Shown: piece by piece, positions 8,104-17,792 of the stretch
Numbering within the stretch: the first letter of the stretch is position 1
Layout of the letters: every line of letters starts with the position of its first letter
Source of the DNA: Pseudomonadota bacterium
Lineage (GTDB): Bacteria > Bdellovibrionota_B > Oligoflexia > Oligoflexales > CAIYRB01
Reading direction: 5' to 3'
Assembly: GCA_026390435.1 (NCBI GenBank)
Contig: JAPLFY010000040.1
Coordinates: 40,223 to 104,222, forward strand
DNA length: 64,000 nt
Position numbers and translations under genes: made by a program
Notes under the pieces: model-generated
Database searches by the model: none
What the model was told of the DNA's origin: nothing
The model's input: only the letters and a program-made list of their open reading frames with translations

Positions 8104-10908
8104 ATGACGCAACAAGACGCCTCAGGCTCACCTCGATTCAGTTTTGCCACTGGCAACAATGTCGCATATCTCGAGCAACTATATGCGGCATTTAAACAAG
8201 ATCCGGCAAGCGTCGATCCGAGCTGGCGACAGTTCTTCGAAGGCTACGAATTTGCCGCTTCAGGCGACATCCTTGGAAGCGGTGGCGGCGGCGAAAGTCC
8301 GTTCACGGCTAGGGTCGAAGCATTTATCAATGCGTACCGACGGCTCGGGCATTTATCGGCGCACCTGAGCCCACTTGCTCCAGCACCAGGTATCGCAAAG
8401 GACATGTTGCCTGAGTCACACGGCCTGAAGGACGTCGACCCACTGCAGATGTTTAATCCAGCGAACTTGCCCGAGAAGGCAATGAGCTTTAAGGACATCA
8501 ATGCGCTGCTTACTGCCACCTATTGCGGTCGAATCGGGGCTGATTATCGGGAAATCAACGATATCGGCATCGTCACATGGCTGCAGGAGCAGATGGAAAG
8601 CTGCCGCAATCAGCCGCCATTAAGCGCGGAAGTGAAACGCCGCATCCTAACCAAACTGACGCAGGCTGAGGGATTTGAACAATTCCTCGGCCGCCGCTAC
8701 ATCGGCACCAAGAGGTTCTCCTTAGAGGGCGCTGATGCGTTCATCCCACTACTCGATTTAATCACCGCCGATGGCGCCAAAGCCGGCGTGGAAGAATTTT
8801 GTTTAGGCATGTCCCACCGTGGGCGTCTAAATTGTCTCGTGAACTTCCTCGGCAAGAGCTACGAGCTCATGCTTAAAGATTTCGAGGGTACGGAGTACAA
8901 TGCTTACGACATCGATGGCGATGTGAAGTATCACATGGGCTTTGCTAGCGAAGTGGCCACGATGAATGGCGACCGGGTACGTCTATACCTGTCTCCGAAC
9001 CCGAGCCATCTAGAGATCGTCAATCCGGTCGTCGAAGGATTCGTTCGCGGCCGTCAACGCCTGCTGAACGATCACGATCGGCATAAAGTATTACCAATTT
9101 TGATGCATGGCGATGCCTCATTTATGGGACAAGGCACGGTCTCGGAGACACTAAACTTATCTGGTCTGGCTGGTTACTCGACTGGCGGCACTGTACATAT
9201 TGTGATCAATAATCAGATCGGCTTCACCACAGATCCGCAAGAAAGTCGCTCGACGACTTATAGCTCCGATATCGCCAAGATGGTGCGGGCACCCGTTCTA
9301 CACGTGAACGCTGATGACCCGGAAGCGGTGATCTGGTGCGGCCGCCTAGCACTGGCCTACCGGCAAAAATTCCACCGAGACATCATCATCGATCTCGTCG
9401 GTTACAGACGTCACGGCCACAATGAAGGTGACGAGCCTGCCTTCACACAACCGCTCATGTATAAGAAAATCGCAGCACATCCTACGGTTTTGAAAATCTA
9501 TGCGGACAAGTTGGTGGCTGAAGGCACGGTCGATGCAGCGACCGTTGAGAAAGAGGCGAGCAACTTCCGCGACCGCATGCAAGCAGCGTACGATGCCGTA
9601 CACGGCAAAAAATCGCCGCAAATCCCTGCTCCCGTGATTCCGGCGGGTCTACAAAAAACGCTAACTTATAAAAAGGCCAGCCGCGAAGAAATTGCCCAAC
9701 CCGTAGCAACCGGCGTTAAAGCTGCGACTCTTCGCGCAATCGTTTCTAAAATCACGAAGGTACCCGAAGGGTTCACACTCCATCCAAAGCTTGCGCGGCT
9801 GCTTGAAAATCGACAAAAAATGGTCGACGGACAAGGCGCTATTGATTGGGGGCTAGGCGAACTACTCGCTTTAGGATCTTTGGCACTTGAGGGACGTCAT
9901 GTTCGCTTTACAGGTCAAGATGCTCAGCGCGGTACCTTTACCAGTCGGCATGCTGTTTACACTGACTTTCAAACTAATGAACGGTACGAAGCACTAAACT
10001 ACCTAGACCCGAAGCAGGCCACCGTCCACGTCATCAACAGCCCTCTTTCAGAGCAAGGATGTCTTGGCTTTGAGTTTGGTTACTCGGTCGCGGATCCAGA
10101 AGCACTAGTAGCTTGGGAGGCACAGTTTGGCGACTTTGCAAACGGCGCCCAGATCATTATCGATCAGTTCTTATCTGCATCAGAAGCCAAGTGGAAGCAG
10201 ACCAGTAGCCTGATCATGCTATTGCCTCATGGGCATGAGGGCCAAGGTCCGGAGCATTCGAGTGCGCGCCCTGAACGATTCCTTCAACTTTGCGGTAATT
10301 TAAACATGCAGGTGGCTATCCCAACGACTCCGGCACAGCACTTTCACGCCTTGCGTCGTCAGCTTCACCGCGACTTCCGCAAGCCACTCGTGCTGATGAC
10401 TCCGAAAAGTTTGCTGCGCGAACCACTATGCGTATCGCCAGTCGCTGATTTTCAAGACGGTCGATTCCACGAAATTTTGGATGAAACTATTCCCGCGAAA
10501 GCAGATGCTGAACGCGTCATATTCTGCTCCGGCAAGATTTATTATGACCTCATCAAGGCCAGGACTGAACAGAGTCAATTTGCCACTGTGCCCGTGATCC
10601 GACTTGAACAACTCTATCCATTCCCATATGGCCAAATGGAAGCCCTACTCACCAGCTATCCAAAACTTTCAGAAATAATTTGGACGCAAGAAGAGCCACA
10701 AAATATGGGTGGCTGGAACTTCGTGCGAGGTCGTCTGCTTGAAGTCCTTAAGCCAAGCCAAAAGCTAAACTACGTGGGCCGCAAAAACAGTGGGACACCG
10801 GCTGAGGGCTCCGGCAAGGCACATGAGGCTGAGCAAAAGCGAATTATTCAAGATGCCCTAGGTCGGGCGGCCGGCACCCTCGCGCAGGTTGCCGCAACTG
10901 GCAAGTAG
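8104..10908 (+). CDS. sucA: 2-oxoglutarate dehydrogenase E1 component
   Basis: 934 aa, with typical SucA blocks (RFSLEG, MSHRGRLN, HGDASFMGQG, YRRHGHNEGDEP, LLPHGHEGQGPEHSSARPERFLQL). Confidence 0.95.
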   Translation: MTQQDASGSPRFSFATGNNVAYLEQLYAAFKQDPASVDPSWRQFFEGYEFAASGDILGSGGGGESPFTARVEAFINAYRRLGHLSAHLSPLAPAPGIAKDMLPESHGLKDVDPLQMFNPANLPEKAMSFKDINALLTATYCGRIGADYREINDIGIVTWLQEQMESCRNQPPLSAEVKRRILTKLTQAEGFEQFLGRRYIGTKRFSLEGADAFIPLLDLITADGAKAGVEEFCLGMSHRGRLNCLVNFLGKSYELMLKDFEGTEYNAYDIDGDVKYHMGFASEVATMNGDRVRLYLSPNPSHLEIVNPVVEGFVRGRQRLLNDHDRHKVLPILMHGDASFMGQGTVSETLNLSGLAGYSTGGTVHIVINNQIGFTTDPQESRSTTYSSDIAKMVRAPVLHVNADDPEAVIWCGRLALAYRQKFHRDIIIDLVGYRRHGHNEGDEPAFTQPLMYKKIAAHPTVLKIYADKLVAEGTVDAATVEKEASNFRDRMQAAYDAVHGKKSPQIPAPVIPAGLQKTLTYKKASREEIAQPVATGVKAATLRAIVSKITKVPEGFTLHPKLARLLENRQKMVDGQGAIDWGLGELLALGSLALEGRHVRFTGQDAQRGTFTSRHAVYTDFQTNERYEALNYLDPKQATVHVINSPLSEQGCLGFEFGYSVADPEALVAWEAQFGDFANGAQIIIDQFLSASEAKWKQTSSLIMLLPHGHEGQGPEHSSARPERFLQLCGNLNMQVAIPTTPAQHFHALRRQLHRDFRKPLVLMTPKSLLREPLCVSPVADFQDGRFHEILDETIPAKADAERVIFCSGKIYYDLIKARTEQSQFATVPVIRLEQLYPFPYGQMEALLTSYPKLSEIIWTQEEPQNMGGWNFVRGRLLEVLKPSQKLNYVGRKNSGTPAEGSGKAHEAEQKRIIQDALGRAAGTLAQVAATGK

Positions 10909-11040
10909 TATTGATGAAATCGCAGGGGGAACATGTTTCCAAGACTGGCTACCGGCAAGACTTGGAAAAACCCTAAAGAATAACAAAAAACCTACCGATA
11001 ACTTGCTCCGACACCTGTTGATCAGGCTAGGAGCATTATC

Positions 11041-11529
11041 ATGCCTAAAATTGACATTAAGCCCCCTGAAAGCAAGGACATCGGGGGCGTAGGAGAGGTC
11101 GAGGTCGAGGTCTATCACACGATGGAACCCACCGAGTCCCAGGCCAATAAGAACTATCTGCAACGCAACCCGTATAGCTTGGTCATGCCTTGGGAGGCAC
11201 GCTGGCCTTCGGTACCCAAGATGCCGAATTATCCTACGGCCATGATCGAAGATGCCCGCCTCACCCAAAATTCTAAAATGAACATAAAGATGATGATCAA
11301 CGATCCCAATTATTTCAAACGCCTTTGGCTGCAAGATAGCCGCACGCAATACGTGGAGAGCTACTTAGAAGATCAATTCAATCGCAGAAAACTATTTGAA
11401 AAGGCGGACCTTCTCTTCATAAAGCTCGAGCTTGATCGGACGGTCGAGGATCGACTAAAGCAACACCAGTTGATACTTGAAGGTCGTACTGCTGTCTTAA
11501 AGATCAGGAACCAAAAACGGGATAGCTAG
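11041..11529 (+). CDS. hypothetical protein
   Basis: 162-aa ORF with no recognised motif. Confidence 0.45.
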   Translation: MPKIDIKPPESKDIGGVGEVEVEVYHTMEPTESQANKNYLQRNPYSLVMPWEARWPSVPKMPNYPTAMIEDARLTQNSKMNIKMMINDPNYFKRLWLQDSRTQYVESYLEDQFNRRKLFEKADLLFIKLELDRTVEDRLKQHQLILEGRTAVLKIRNQKRDS

Positions 11530-11650
11530 GGGCCACAGCCAGGTAATCATCTCGTTATTTAATAAATTCAGATGCTTATTGGACGGCAGCTGAGCATCCA
11601 TCTAAAATAAAGCCAAGACTCAACACGTCACAGAGCCGGGGCTTCAGCAT

Positions 11651-13279
11651 ATGGGTGCGCATCTATCTCGTCTATGTTGGTTTGTATTATTCTTGGCCTC
11701 TTTGACGAGCTGCCGCTCCACTGTCAGTAGGCCCCAGGAAGTAGAACTACCTCCTGGAGAACCCATGGCTGACAGCCTACGCTATATTGGCTTTGCCCAA
11801 TCAGCTCCGGGCGCAAACAAGATAGCTACTATTTTGGATTTGGTAAAAATCAAAGCATATCCAAATTCAACTAAATACGCTGGTGTTTTGCGATTAACGC
11901 TAGGCGGATTTGCAGGTCGCGAATATACATCGCTTTATTTTTCCGAAATCTCATTCGACCACCGCACAAAGGCTCTGAAATTTTCCGGCGGTCCGGAGGG
12001 GATCAATATCGCGCCCCAGACATTTTCACCTCAGCTGCTCCAAGCTAAAATCAGCTCATCTGTCGACAAAACAAATCTAGTCTTAGAAATGAAGTCCGAA
12101 TCGGATACATCAGTAGTAACTCTAACTGCAGAAATATTCCCACAGTCTACAGTCATGAGACCTATAACAGGCAACTACAGCGCTAATTGCCCTGGTCAAA
12201 TGACTGCTCTGCAGATTGAGGCCAGCAAATGGCGCAAACCTCCCGGAGGCGGCCCATTCTCGGACATCCGATTAATTGGACGTAGCGGCAAACCAGATGA
12301 AGAACTCTGCGGTAAAAATCAAGTCTGTGTGAAAGAGTCCTTTAGCTCCGGAGCAGTCAATCCCGCCGCAAGCAAAGTAACGCTCAGCAATGCTACGTTC
12401 ACTCGGGGGTGCACCACCAACGGGCAACAGTTGATTTGCGATGGCTGCGTGACGACCTATGATCCAATCTCTCCACATTCATTGATCGATTCCGCGGTGG
12501 CTTATACTAGCCATAAGCGCCCGACCCATTTGCCGAACCCTCAATCTGACGAGGCTAATCCAGGGCTACCGCCGACGGGCGAATATTATGGATTCTTGCA
12601 TCACGAACAGACTAACTCCTTTCAATTAGTCGCCCTAGACCTGAGAACCGAACAGCAAATGCATGCAGCAACTGCGCTGGTTCCCACAGGGGCTCGAATC
12701 GAAGCGATAGGCACTGTCTATTTCGGTGAGGGGGATTCAAATGAATTCATCACCTATCATTTCAAACCAGTCCCTTGGAACTCGCAAAGTCAATTGCCGC
12801 TGGTACTAGATGGTGACTCTGAGGCCCTTGTGGTGATGGATAGTATCCGCAATGGTCGACTAAGCGGCGTCTGGTACGGCAAAACATTCGGCAGAGTTGG
12901 CACTGTGGAGCTGCAAATTAGCAATGTGCCCCCGCTACCAGCAGGCAGTCACCTCATTGAAAAAGTATCTGGGCACTATAAAGGCCAAGACAGCGAGTTT
13001 GAAGTCATCACAACAGCCAACCTCTCCGAAGAGGCCGATGATTTTTATCCATTGAAAGTTGTGGGCTGGGCACGCGACCCCGAGGAAAAATCTAGACGTC
13101 GAAATATCGTCGATGGCAGTTTTGATTTCTACACCAACTCTTACGCATTTCGTCTAGATGACGGGCGCATGTTAGTGGGCAGTAATACGCCCAACGGTCT
13201 AGCACTGCATTGGCCGACTAAGCCTCGGTACGGTGCGCCACTTACTGGCAGCGTACAGCTTTTTAAGCTTTCCCTCTAA
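11651..13279 (+). CDS. large lipoprotein of unknown function
   Basis: Signal peptide with lipobox (FLASLTSC). 542 aa with several Cys pairs and no recognised domain. Confidence 0.6.
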   Translation: MGAHLSRLCWFVLFLASLTSCRSTVSRPQEVELPPGEPMADSLRYIGFAQSAPGANKIATILDLVKIKAYPNSTKYAGVLRLTLGGFAGREYTSLYFSEISFDHRTKALKFSGGPEGINIAPQTFSPQLLQAKISSSVDKTNLVLEMKSESDTSVVTLTAEIFPQSTVMRPITGNYSANCPGQMTALQIEASKWRKPPGGGPFSDIRLIGRSGKPDEELCGKNQVCVKESFSSGAVNPAASKVTLSNATFTRGCTTNGQQLICDGCVTTYDPISPHSLIDSAVAYTSHKRPTHLPNPQSDEANPGLPPTGEYYGFLHHEQTNSFQLVALDLRTEQQMHAATALVPTGARIEAIGTVYFGEGDSNEFITYHFKPVPWNSQSQLPLVLDGDSEALVVMDSIRNGRLSGVWYGKTFGRVGTVELQISNVPPLPAGSHLIEKVSGHYKGQDSEFEVITTANLSEEADDFYPLKVVGWARDPEEKSRRRNIVDGSFDFYTNSYAFRLDDGRMLVGSNTPNGLALHWPTKPRYGAPLTGSVQLFKLSL

Positions 13280-13560
13280 TCAGTCGCCTACTAGTAAAGA
13301 CGATGACTAGATACCGCCGTGCAAGCGCGGCTTGATGGCGATCTGCCCCTCCGACGTTCGAGCGTAACTTCCTGAAGTAGCTTTCGTCGTCAGTGCGGAG
13401 GTTCACATCGCCACCAAACCACACATGCTGTGCGGCTCGAGCCCAGCTAAAAGCAAGACTCGATATATTAAGCGTAACCAAGCCTAGGCTGAGAGTCCAT
13501 ACCTAGATGAGAAAAGAAATGATCTAGAAAGAATGATCGGTAAAGACTCGCTCAAAAAAT

Positions 13561-13887
13561 CTAGGCTGACTTCTTCACTTTGCCCTTAGCTGGCGATTTT
13601 GACGCAGCTACCTTGCTCGCAGCAGGCTTCTGTGACGGAGCCATGTGAGCGCAGCATTGGATATCCCAACCCTTAGCAGATGCAGCTTTGAAGCTGGACG
13701 GGGCATTGAGACGCCATTCTTCACGGGTCGTGAAACGACGTGCAGCATGTTGGCATGTTTCAATAGTCCACCGGCTTTTTTTCTCCTCCTTCCTTAAGTG
13801 TTCGGCTGGAGTTTCGCTCACTGTTTCCGCTACGACCACAGCTGCAGCAGCGGCTTTCTTCTTATTCTCTTTCTCTTTCTCTGCCAT
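13561..13887 (-). CDS. small K/A-rich (histone H1-like tails) protein with a central W..E.C...GW...C.HM motif
   Basis: The ATG at 13887 is preceded by AAGGAGG. The tails are MAEKEKENKKKAAAAA and KPAASKVAASKSPAKGKVKKSA. The core is WTIETCQHAARRFTTREEWRLNAPSSFKAASAKGWDIQCCAHM. Confidence 0.55.
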   Translation of the reverse strand: MAEKEKENKKKAAAAAVVVAETVSETPAEHLRKEEKKSRWTIETCQHAARRFTTREEWRLNAPSSFKAASAKGWDIQCCAHMAPSQKPAASKVAASKSPAKGKVKKSA

Positions 13888-14039
13888 AGTACCTGCCTCC
13901 TTAGCTCCCACCTCAATCGAGTGGGTAGTCAGGTATCGTCGAAGCAAAGGGCGACTTGAGAAAAAAATGCCAGGTTATTCGTAAGGCCACGTAAAATCTT
14001 ATGTTTTTTCGATTCATCAAAAGAATGCAAAGACAGGCA

Positions 14040-14735
14040 CTAGGCAATTAATTCCGCGTCGATGCCAATTCTGACGGCAATAGCCCGCAGTGTGCCGTCC
14101 TTGCGAGCGGCATTAATGACCGCATCAACCTCGGCACAGAGCTGCAACCGATTACGCGGCAAAAACAGCGCGATGTCGTGACGATCTAATTCTCGCCATG
14201 CCGAGAGCGGGTGAGCCCTCAAAAGAATCTTGCCCTCAATGGCATCCGTGACGATGCAGTCAGCACCCGCACCAATTAGATTGGTTAATTGGCGATTATT
14301 ATCAGTTGTGACCACGATGTGGTGAGGAAACTCGTGGCGCACGACGCCCTCGAGATAGCCACCCTTGTTAACACCAATACGCAAACGAGGGTCGTCTATA
14401 GCTGAGCGCAAGTGACTGTCTCGTGGCCCGATCAAAATGGCGCGGTTACGTAGGTATGCCTCAGAGTACAAACCTAAACTTCTCCTGGCGCCAGTCACCG
14501 TGACACCCGAAGCAATCATGTCAAAAGCAGGATCATCCGCCAGACTACTCTGCAGTAGAGCTTCAAAATCTGTCCAAGAAAAACCCATAAACTGCACCCC
14601 GAGGCCCAATTTACCGGCGATCAATTGCGACAATTCGATATCAAATCCGTGATACCCGCTTGTACTTTCACTGCTAAACGGAGGGTAGTCACCACTAGTC
14701 GCAATTCGTAGCATGGGGCCGCGATTTTTTGACAA
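14040..14735 (-). CDS. family-3 solute-binding-protein-like protein (amino-acid-binding / cyclohexadienyl dehydratase-like fold), no signal peptide seen
   Basis: LRIATSGDYPPFS...GFDIELSQLIAGKLG...FDMIASGVTVT matches the SBP_bac_3 pattern. The TTG start has AAGGAG upstream. Confidence 0.6.
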   Translation of the reverse strand: MSKNRGPMLRIATSGDYPPFSSESTSGYHGFDIELSQLIAGKLGLGVQFMGFSWTDFEALLQSSLADDPAFDMIASGVTVTGARRSLGLYSEAYLRNRAILIGPRDSHLRSAIDDPRLRIGVNKGGYLEGVVRHEFPHHIVVTTDNNRQLTNLIGAGADCIVTDAIEGKILLRAHPLSAWRELDRHDIALFLPRNRLQLCAEVDAVINAARKDGTLRAIAVRIGIDAELIA

Positions 14736-14849
14736 AGTAATCTCCTTTGCGAGGCAAGTTTACCCTTAATGGCTGTACTTAAACTAAACTACAACATAAC
14801 AGCTGGTAAAGGACCAGATCACGTCTGAGACCAACCGAAGGACGCACAT

Positions 14850-16052
14850 ATGAATCATGAATTTGATATCACAATCTATGGAGCGACTGGGTTTACCGGC
14901 ACATTAGCCACTCGCTATTTAAGCGACGGCGCCGTGGACCACAACGAGCTGAAGCTGGCAATTGCAGGCCGTAACCAAGAAAAACTATCGGTTTTGGCAG
15001 CATCATGCGCTAAACAGCCGACGGTGATCGTAGCCGCTTCCGACGATATAGACGCAATAGAGGAGATGGTTAGACGGAGCAAAGTCGTGCTGAACTTTGC
15101 CGGCCCATTCGCTTTATATGCCGAACACATCATTGCTGCTTGCGCCCGCCAAGGTCGCACCTATCTAGACATCACTGGTGAGTCACCATTTGTGCGCAAG
15201 ATGCTTACAAAGTACCAAGATGTCGCTGAGGCGTCAGGCGCCAGAGTGATTCCATTTTCTGGCTTCGACTCAGTGCCTGCCGACCTAATGGCACAATTAG
15301 CGCTAGAATTCGCGGCCGCCACACAATTAAATTTAGATCGATTATCTGCCTACTACGAGCTTCAGGGTGGCCTCAACGGCGGCACACTCGCCTCAATACT
15401 TGAAATCTCTAAAGACACCTCGATCCCGACACTATTTGACTCAAAAATGCTCGTATTAGACCCAAGTTGGCCTCCCGTTCCGCCGCAAAAACTAACTCTG
15501 CACTATGAGCCGTACCTTAAATCGTGGAGTGTGCCTTTTGTCATGGCAGCGGTTAATCAAGCTGTGTTTCAACGCTCGCAGTGGCTCCGGCATAGGTTGG
15601 GCCAGCCTGTTACAACGACGCGATATGAGGAACACCAATGCTTTGGCCAAAAGATGAGCGCGTTGAAATGCTTAGCTGCGGCAGCTGCACTCGGCACTTT
15701 GGGCTCGTTAACTACCGGGGCTCTTGGTCGGAAAATCTTGCAAAAAATTGGCCCAAAGCCCGGCGAGGGACCCTCGGCAACAGTCCAGTCTCATGCATGG
15801 TTTCGCGCGCAAATGTTAGGGAGTTTAGATGGTAAGCCGCAAGTGCTCGTTACGATGAGTCGCAAGGGAGATCCCGGCAATGAGATCACGATCACCATGG
15901 CCTGCGAAGCGGCTAAACTAGCCGCTGAGGGTAAGTTCAGCACCAGGTTGTGCGGATTCCTCACTCCGAGTGTCGCCTTCTCCGGCGATCTCAAGAACCG
16001 CCTGGAGAAAGCTGGCTTTCAATTCAGTACTCAATCAATCGGCAAGAAGTGA
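14850..16052 (+). CDS. saccharopine dehydrogenase-like NAD(P)-binding oxidoreductase
   Basis: N-terminal Rossmann motif ITIYGATGFTGTL and an overall length typical of the saccharopine dehydrogenase / trans-acting enoyl reductase family. Confidence 0.65.
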   Translation: MNHEFDITIYGATGFTGTLATRYLSDGAVDHNELKLAIAGRNQEKLSVLAASCAKQPTVIVAASDDIDAIEEMVRRSKVVLNFAGPFALYAEHIIAACARQGRTYLDITGESPFVRKMLTKYQDVAEASGARVIPFSGFDSVPADLMAQLALEFAAATQLNLDRLSAYYELQGGLNGGTLASILEISKDTSIPTLFDSKMLVLDPSWPPVPPQKLTLHYEPYLKSWSVPFVMAAVNQAVFQRSQWLRHRLGQPVTTTRYEEHQCFGQKMSALKCLAAAAALGTLGSLTTGALGRKILQKIGPKPGEGPSATVQSHAWFRAQMLGSLDGKPQVLVTMSRKGDPGNEITITMACEAAKLAAEGKFSTRLCGFLTPSVAFSGDLKNRLEKAGFQFSTQSIGKK

Positions 16053-16699
16053 TATCCACCGGCGTTGACTGGGTACTTAAAGTACTTGGTCATAGGATGG
16101 GACGGCATCGTACACGGCACATGATTCTTCTGTACCAGCGCCAGTACCGCGACATTGCGATGATAGCCACCAATTGGCGCCACTTCTACCGGGACCACAT
16201 CGATGAGGGTCTCGGAGCATTTCTCTAAATAGGTCACGCTGACGTTCAGTTGATTTTCATTAGCGGGTTGCTGAGCGATATCGACAATTTTTGCGGGATA
16301 AAAATCGCCTTGAGCTTCATCTGGTCCGGTAATGATGTCAAAGCTATGAGCCACATCTGTCTGGGCGACATCAAGTGCAGCCTGATCAGTTGCTTCCGGG
16401 CATCGGCAGTCAGGACACTTATGACCGCTCATGATTGCACCTACCGCCACGTGACGCTTGTCCGTGGGATCGCTGGATGGAAGTTCGCGCGTGATCAAAG
16501 CCTCAAAATGCTCCGTGCAACCGACCGCATAGGTCACGTTAACCGGACCGCCGCTACTTGATACGCCTGCTGGATCAATTTTTAAAATACGGCCTAAAAA
16601 TACCTGCATCGGTTGCGACACGACTGCAACAGTCGATGGCTGCGAATCACAGGCATTAAGGGAAAGTGCTAAAAATGCCACCATCAAACTTTTCATCAT
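16031..16699 (-). CDS. lipoprotein, unknown function
   Basis: The ATG at 16699 has AGGAGAG upstream and gives MMKSLMVAFLALSLNAC (lipobox). The 3' end overlaps the convergent gene by 22 nt. Confidence 0.5.
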   Translation of the reverse strand: MMKSLMVAFLALSLNACDSQPSTVAVVSQPMQVFLGRILKIDPAGVSSSGGPVNVTYAVGCTEHFEALITRELPSSDPTDKRHVAVGAIMSGHKCPDCRCPEATDQAALDVAQTDVAHSFDIITGPDEAQGDFYPAKIVDIAQQPANENQLNVSVTYLEKCSETLIDVVPVEVAPIGGYHRNVAVLALVQKNHVPCTMPSHPMTKYFKYPVNAGGYHFLPID

Positions 16700-16750
16700 T
16701 ACTCTCCTGTATTTAAAAAAAAGGAAACGGCTGCTCAACTGTGTAACAAC

Positions 16751-17182
16751 TCATGGACATGCATCAAGAAAGCGCGACGTCACCTTGCCACTACTATCCG
16801 TGATAAAGCAATGCACAACGCCGTAGCCGCCAAATAATGCATGGCAATGGCTCGTCAACGCAGGGTCCGTTACGTTAGCCTTGCAGCTAATTTGGCGTGA
16901 AGTGCCACTACAAGTGTAGCTCGGTGTCTTGCATGGTTGCCCCGGTCCACCAGCCGTCCATTTACCAATCTCAGTATTATTTGGCGTACCGGGCGCATCA
17001 GGATTGCCAGGCACATTTGACACTAAGCAGGAATGTGAGCCATTAGGGTCAATCACTGCTGGGTCCCAACCGTAACCATTCCCGTTGTCGCTGCCATTCG
17101 TGCAGTAAGGGAAGTCGGCAGCCAGCGAGGTAACGGCAAAAAGACAAAAACTAAAGAGTAGCAAATTTTTAATCACACTCAT
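16751..17182 (-). CDS. secreted cysteine-rich small protein
   Basis: Signal peptide MSVIKNLLLFSFCLFAVTSLAA. The mature part is rich in Cys, Gly, Pro and Asn. Confidence 0.5.
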   Translation of the reverse strand: MSVIKNLLLFSFCLFAVTSLAADFPYCTNGSDNGNGYGWDPAVIDPNGSHSCLVSNVPGNPDAPGTPNNTEIGKWTAGGPGQPCKTPSYTCSGTSRQISCKANVTDPALTSHCHALFGGYGVVHCFITDSSGKVTSRFLDACP

Positions 17183-17292
17183 GATGATCATCCTCTCTCA
17201 AAGTTAGAAGAAGCAGAGCTGATGCTAAGCCAACAATAGCTGCGTCAGATCCGACTTTGACTGGGGTTTGCATGATTTGTGCCGAACAGACA

Positions 17293-17323
17293 TGAAAAAG
17301 CCCCGGCTTTATCAGCCAGGGCT
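17293..17323 (-). terminator. Rho-independent terminator downstream of tRNA-fMet
   Basis: On the minus strand, AGCCCTGGCT/AGCCGGGGCT forms a 10-bp stem (one G-U pair) with a 5-nt loop, followed by TTTTT. Confidence 0.7.
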
Positions 17324-17333
17324 TTTCCTATTT

Positions 17334-17410
17334 TGGTAGCGGGGAGCGGATTTGAACCGCTGATCTTCGGGTTATGAGCCCGACGAGATACCAGACTTCT
17401 CCACCCCGCG
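17334..17410 (-). tRNA. initiator tRNA-fMet (CAU)
   Basis: The reverse complement CGCGGGGTGGAG...TCGGGCTCATAACCCGA...GGTTCAAATCC...CCCCGCTACCA folds as a cloverleaf. It has three G-C pairs in the anticodon stem and an unpaired 1:72 position (C:U), both hallmarks of bacterial initiator tRNA. The CCA end is encoded. Confidence 0.93.
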
Positions 17411-17602
17411 GTAGTGTCGTCGTTGGAGACAGGTTATAAGCCCTCGATCCTCAGGCGTCAACAAAATAGCATCAGATTTTCATATCTTCGCTCCGATGGT
17501 CCTAAAGAGAGGCTCTGCCCCCCGATCCTACGAGGATTTTAAGGCCCAAGGGGATTTAGACTTGCGGAAATCCACCCCCTAGATTACCCATTAAGTCCGC
17601 AT

Positions 17603-17692
17603 GGAGAGATGGCCGAGTGGCTGATGGCGCACGCTTGGAAAGCGTGTTTACCCTTAAAAGTAACGTGGGTTCGAATCCCACTCTCTCCGCCA
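17603..17692 (+). tRNA. tRNA-Ser (GGA)
   Basis: GGAGAGATGGCCGAGTGG..., anticodon loop TTGGAAA, long variable arm, GGTTCGAATCC T-loop, and acceptor stem GGAGAGA/TCTCTCC followed by GCCA. Confidence 0.93.
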
Positions 17693-17747
17693 CTACCTCC
17701 CAATAAAATCAATAAATTAAGCAGCATAACCATCGTCTGATACGGAC

Positions 17748-17766
17748 GCGGTAGACGATCTACCGC
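17748..17766. promoter_or_regulatory. inverted repeat upstream of the integrase remnant
   Basis: GCGGTAGA-cga-TCTACCGC forms 8-bp arms. It is nested in a second inverted repeat, ATCGTCT...AGACGAT, 27 nt upstream of the ATG at 17793. Confidence 0.35.
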
Positions 17767-17792
17767 AGTTTCACCGTAAAAGGAGGATAGCG

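Noticed and set aside
10937-10968. The imperfect inverted repeat CCAAGACT...AGACTTGG after sucA, considered as a terminator.
   Set aside because: There is a mismatch in the stem and an A-run rather than a T-run downstream on the coding strand, so the evidence is weak.
13263-13481. A 72-aa minus-strand ORF (TTG start) between the 542-aa lipoprotein gene and the K/A-rich protein gene.
   Set aside because: It has no RBS and no recognisable motif, overlaps the end of the upstream gene, and uses a non-ATG start. This is insufficient support. It may be a remnant.
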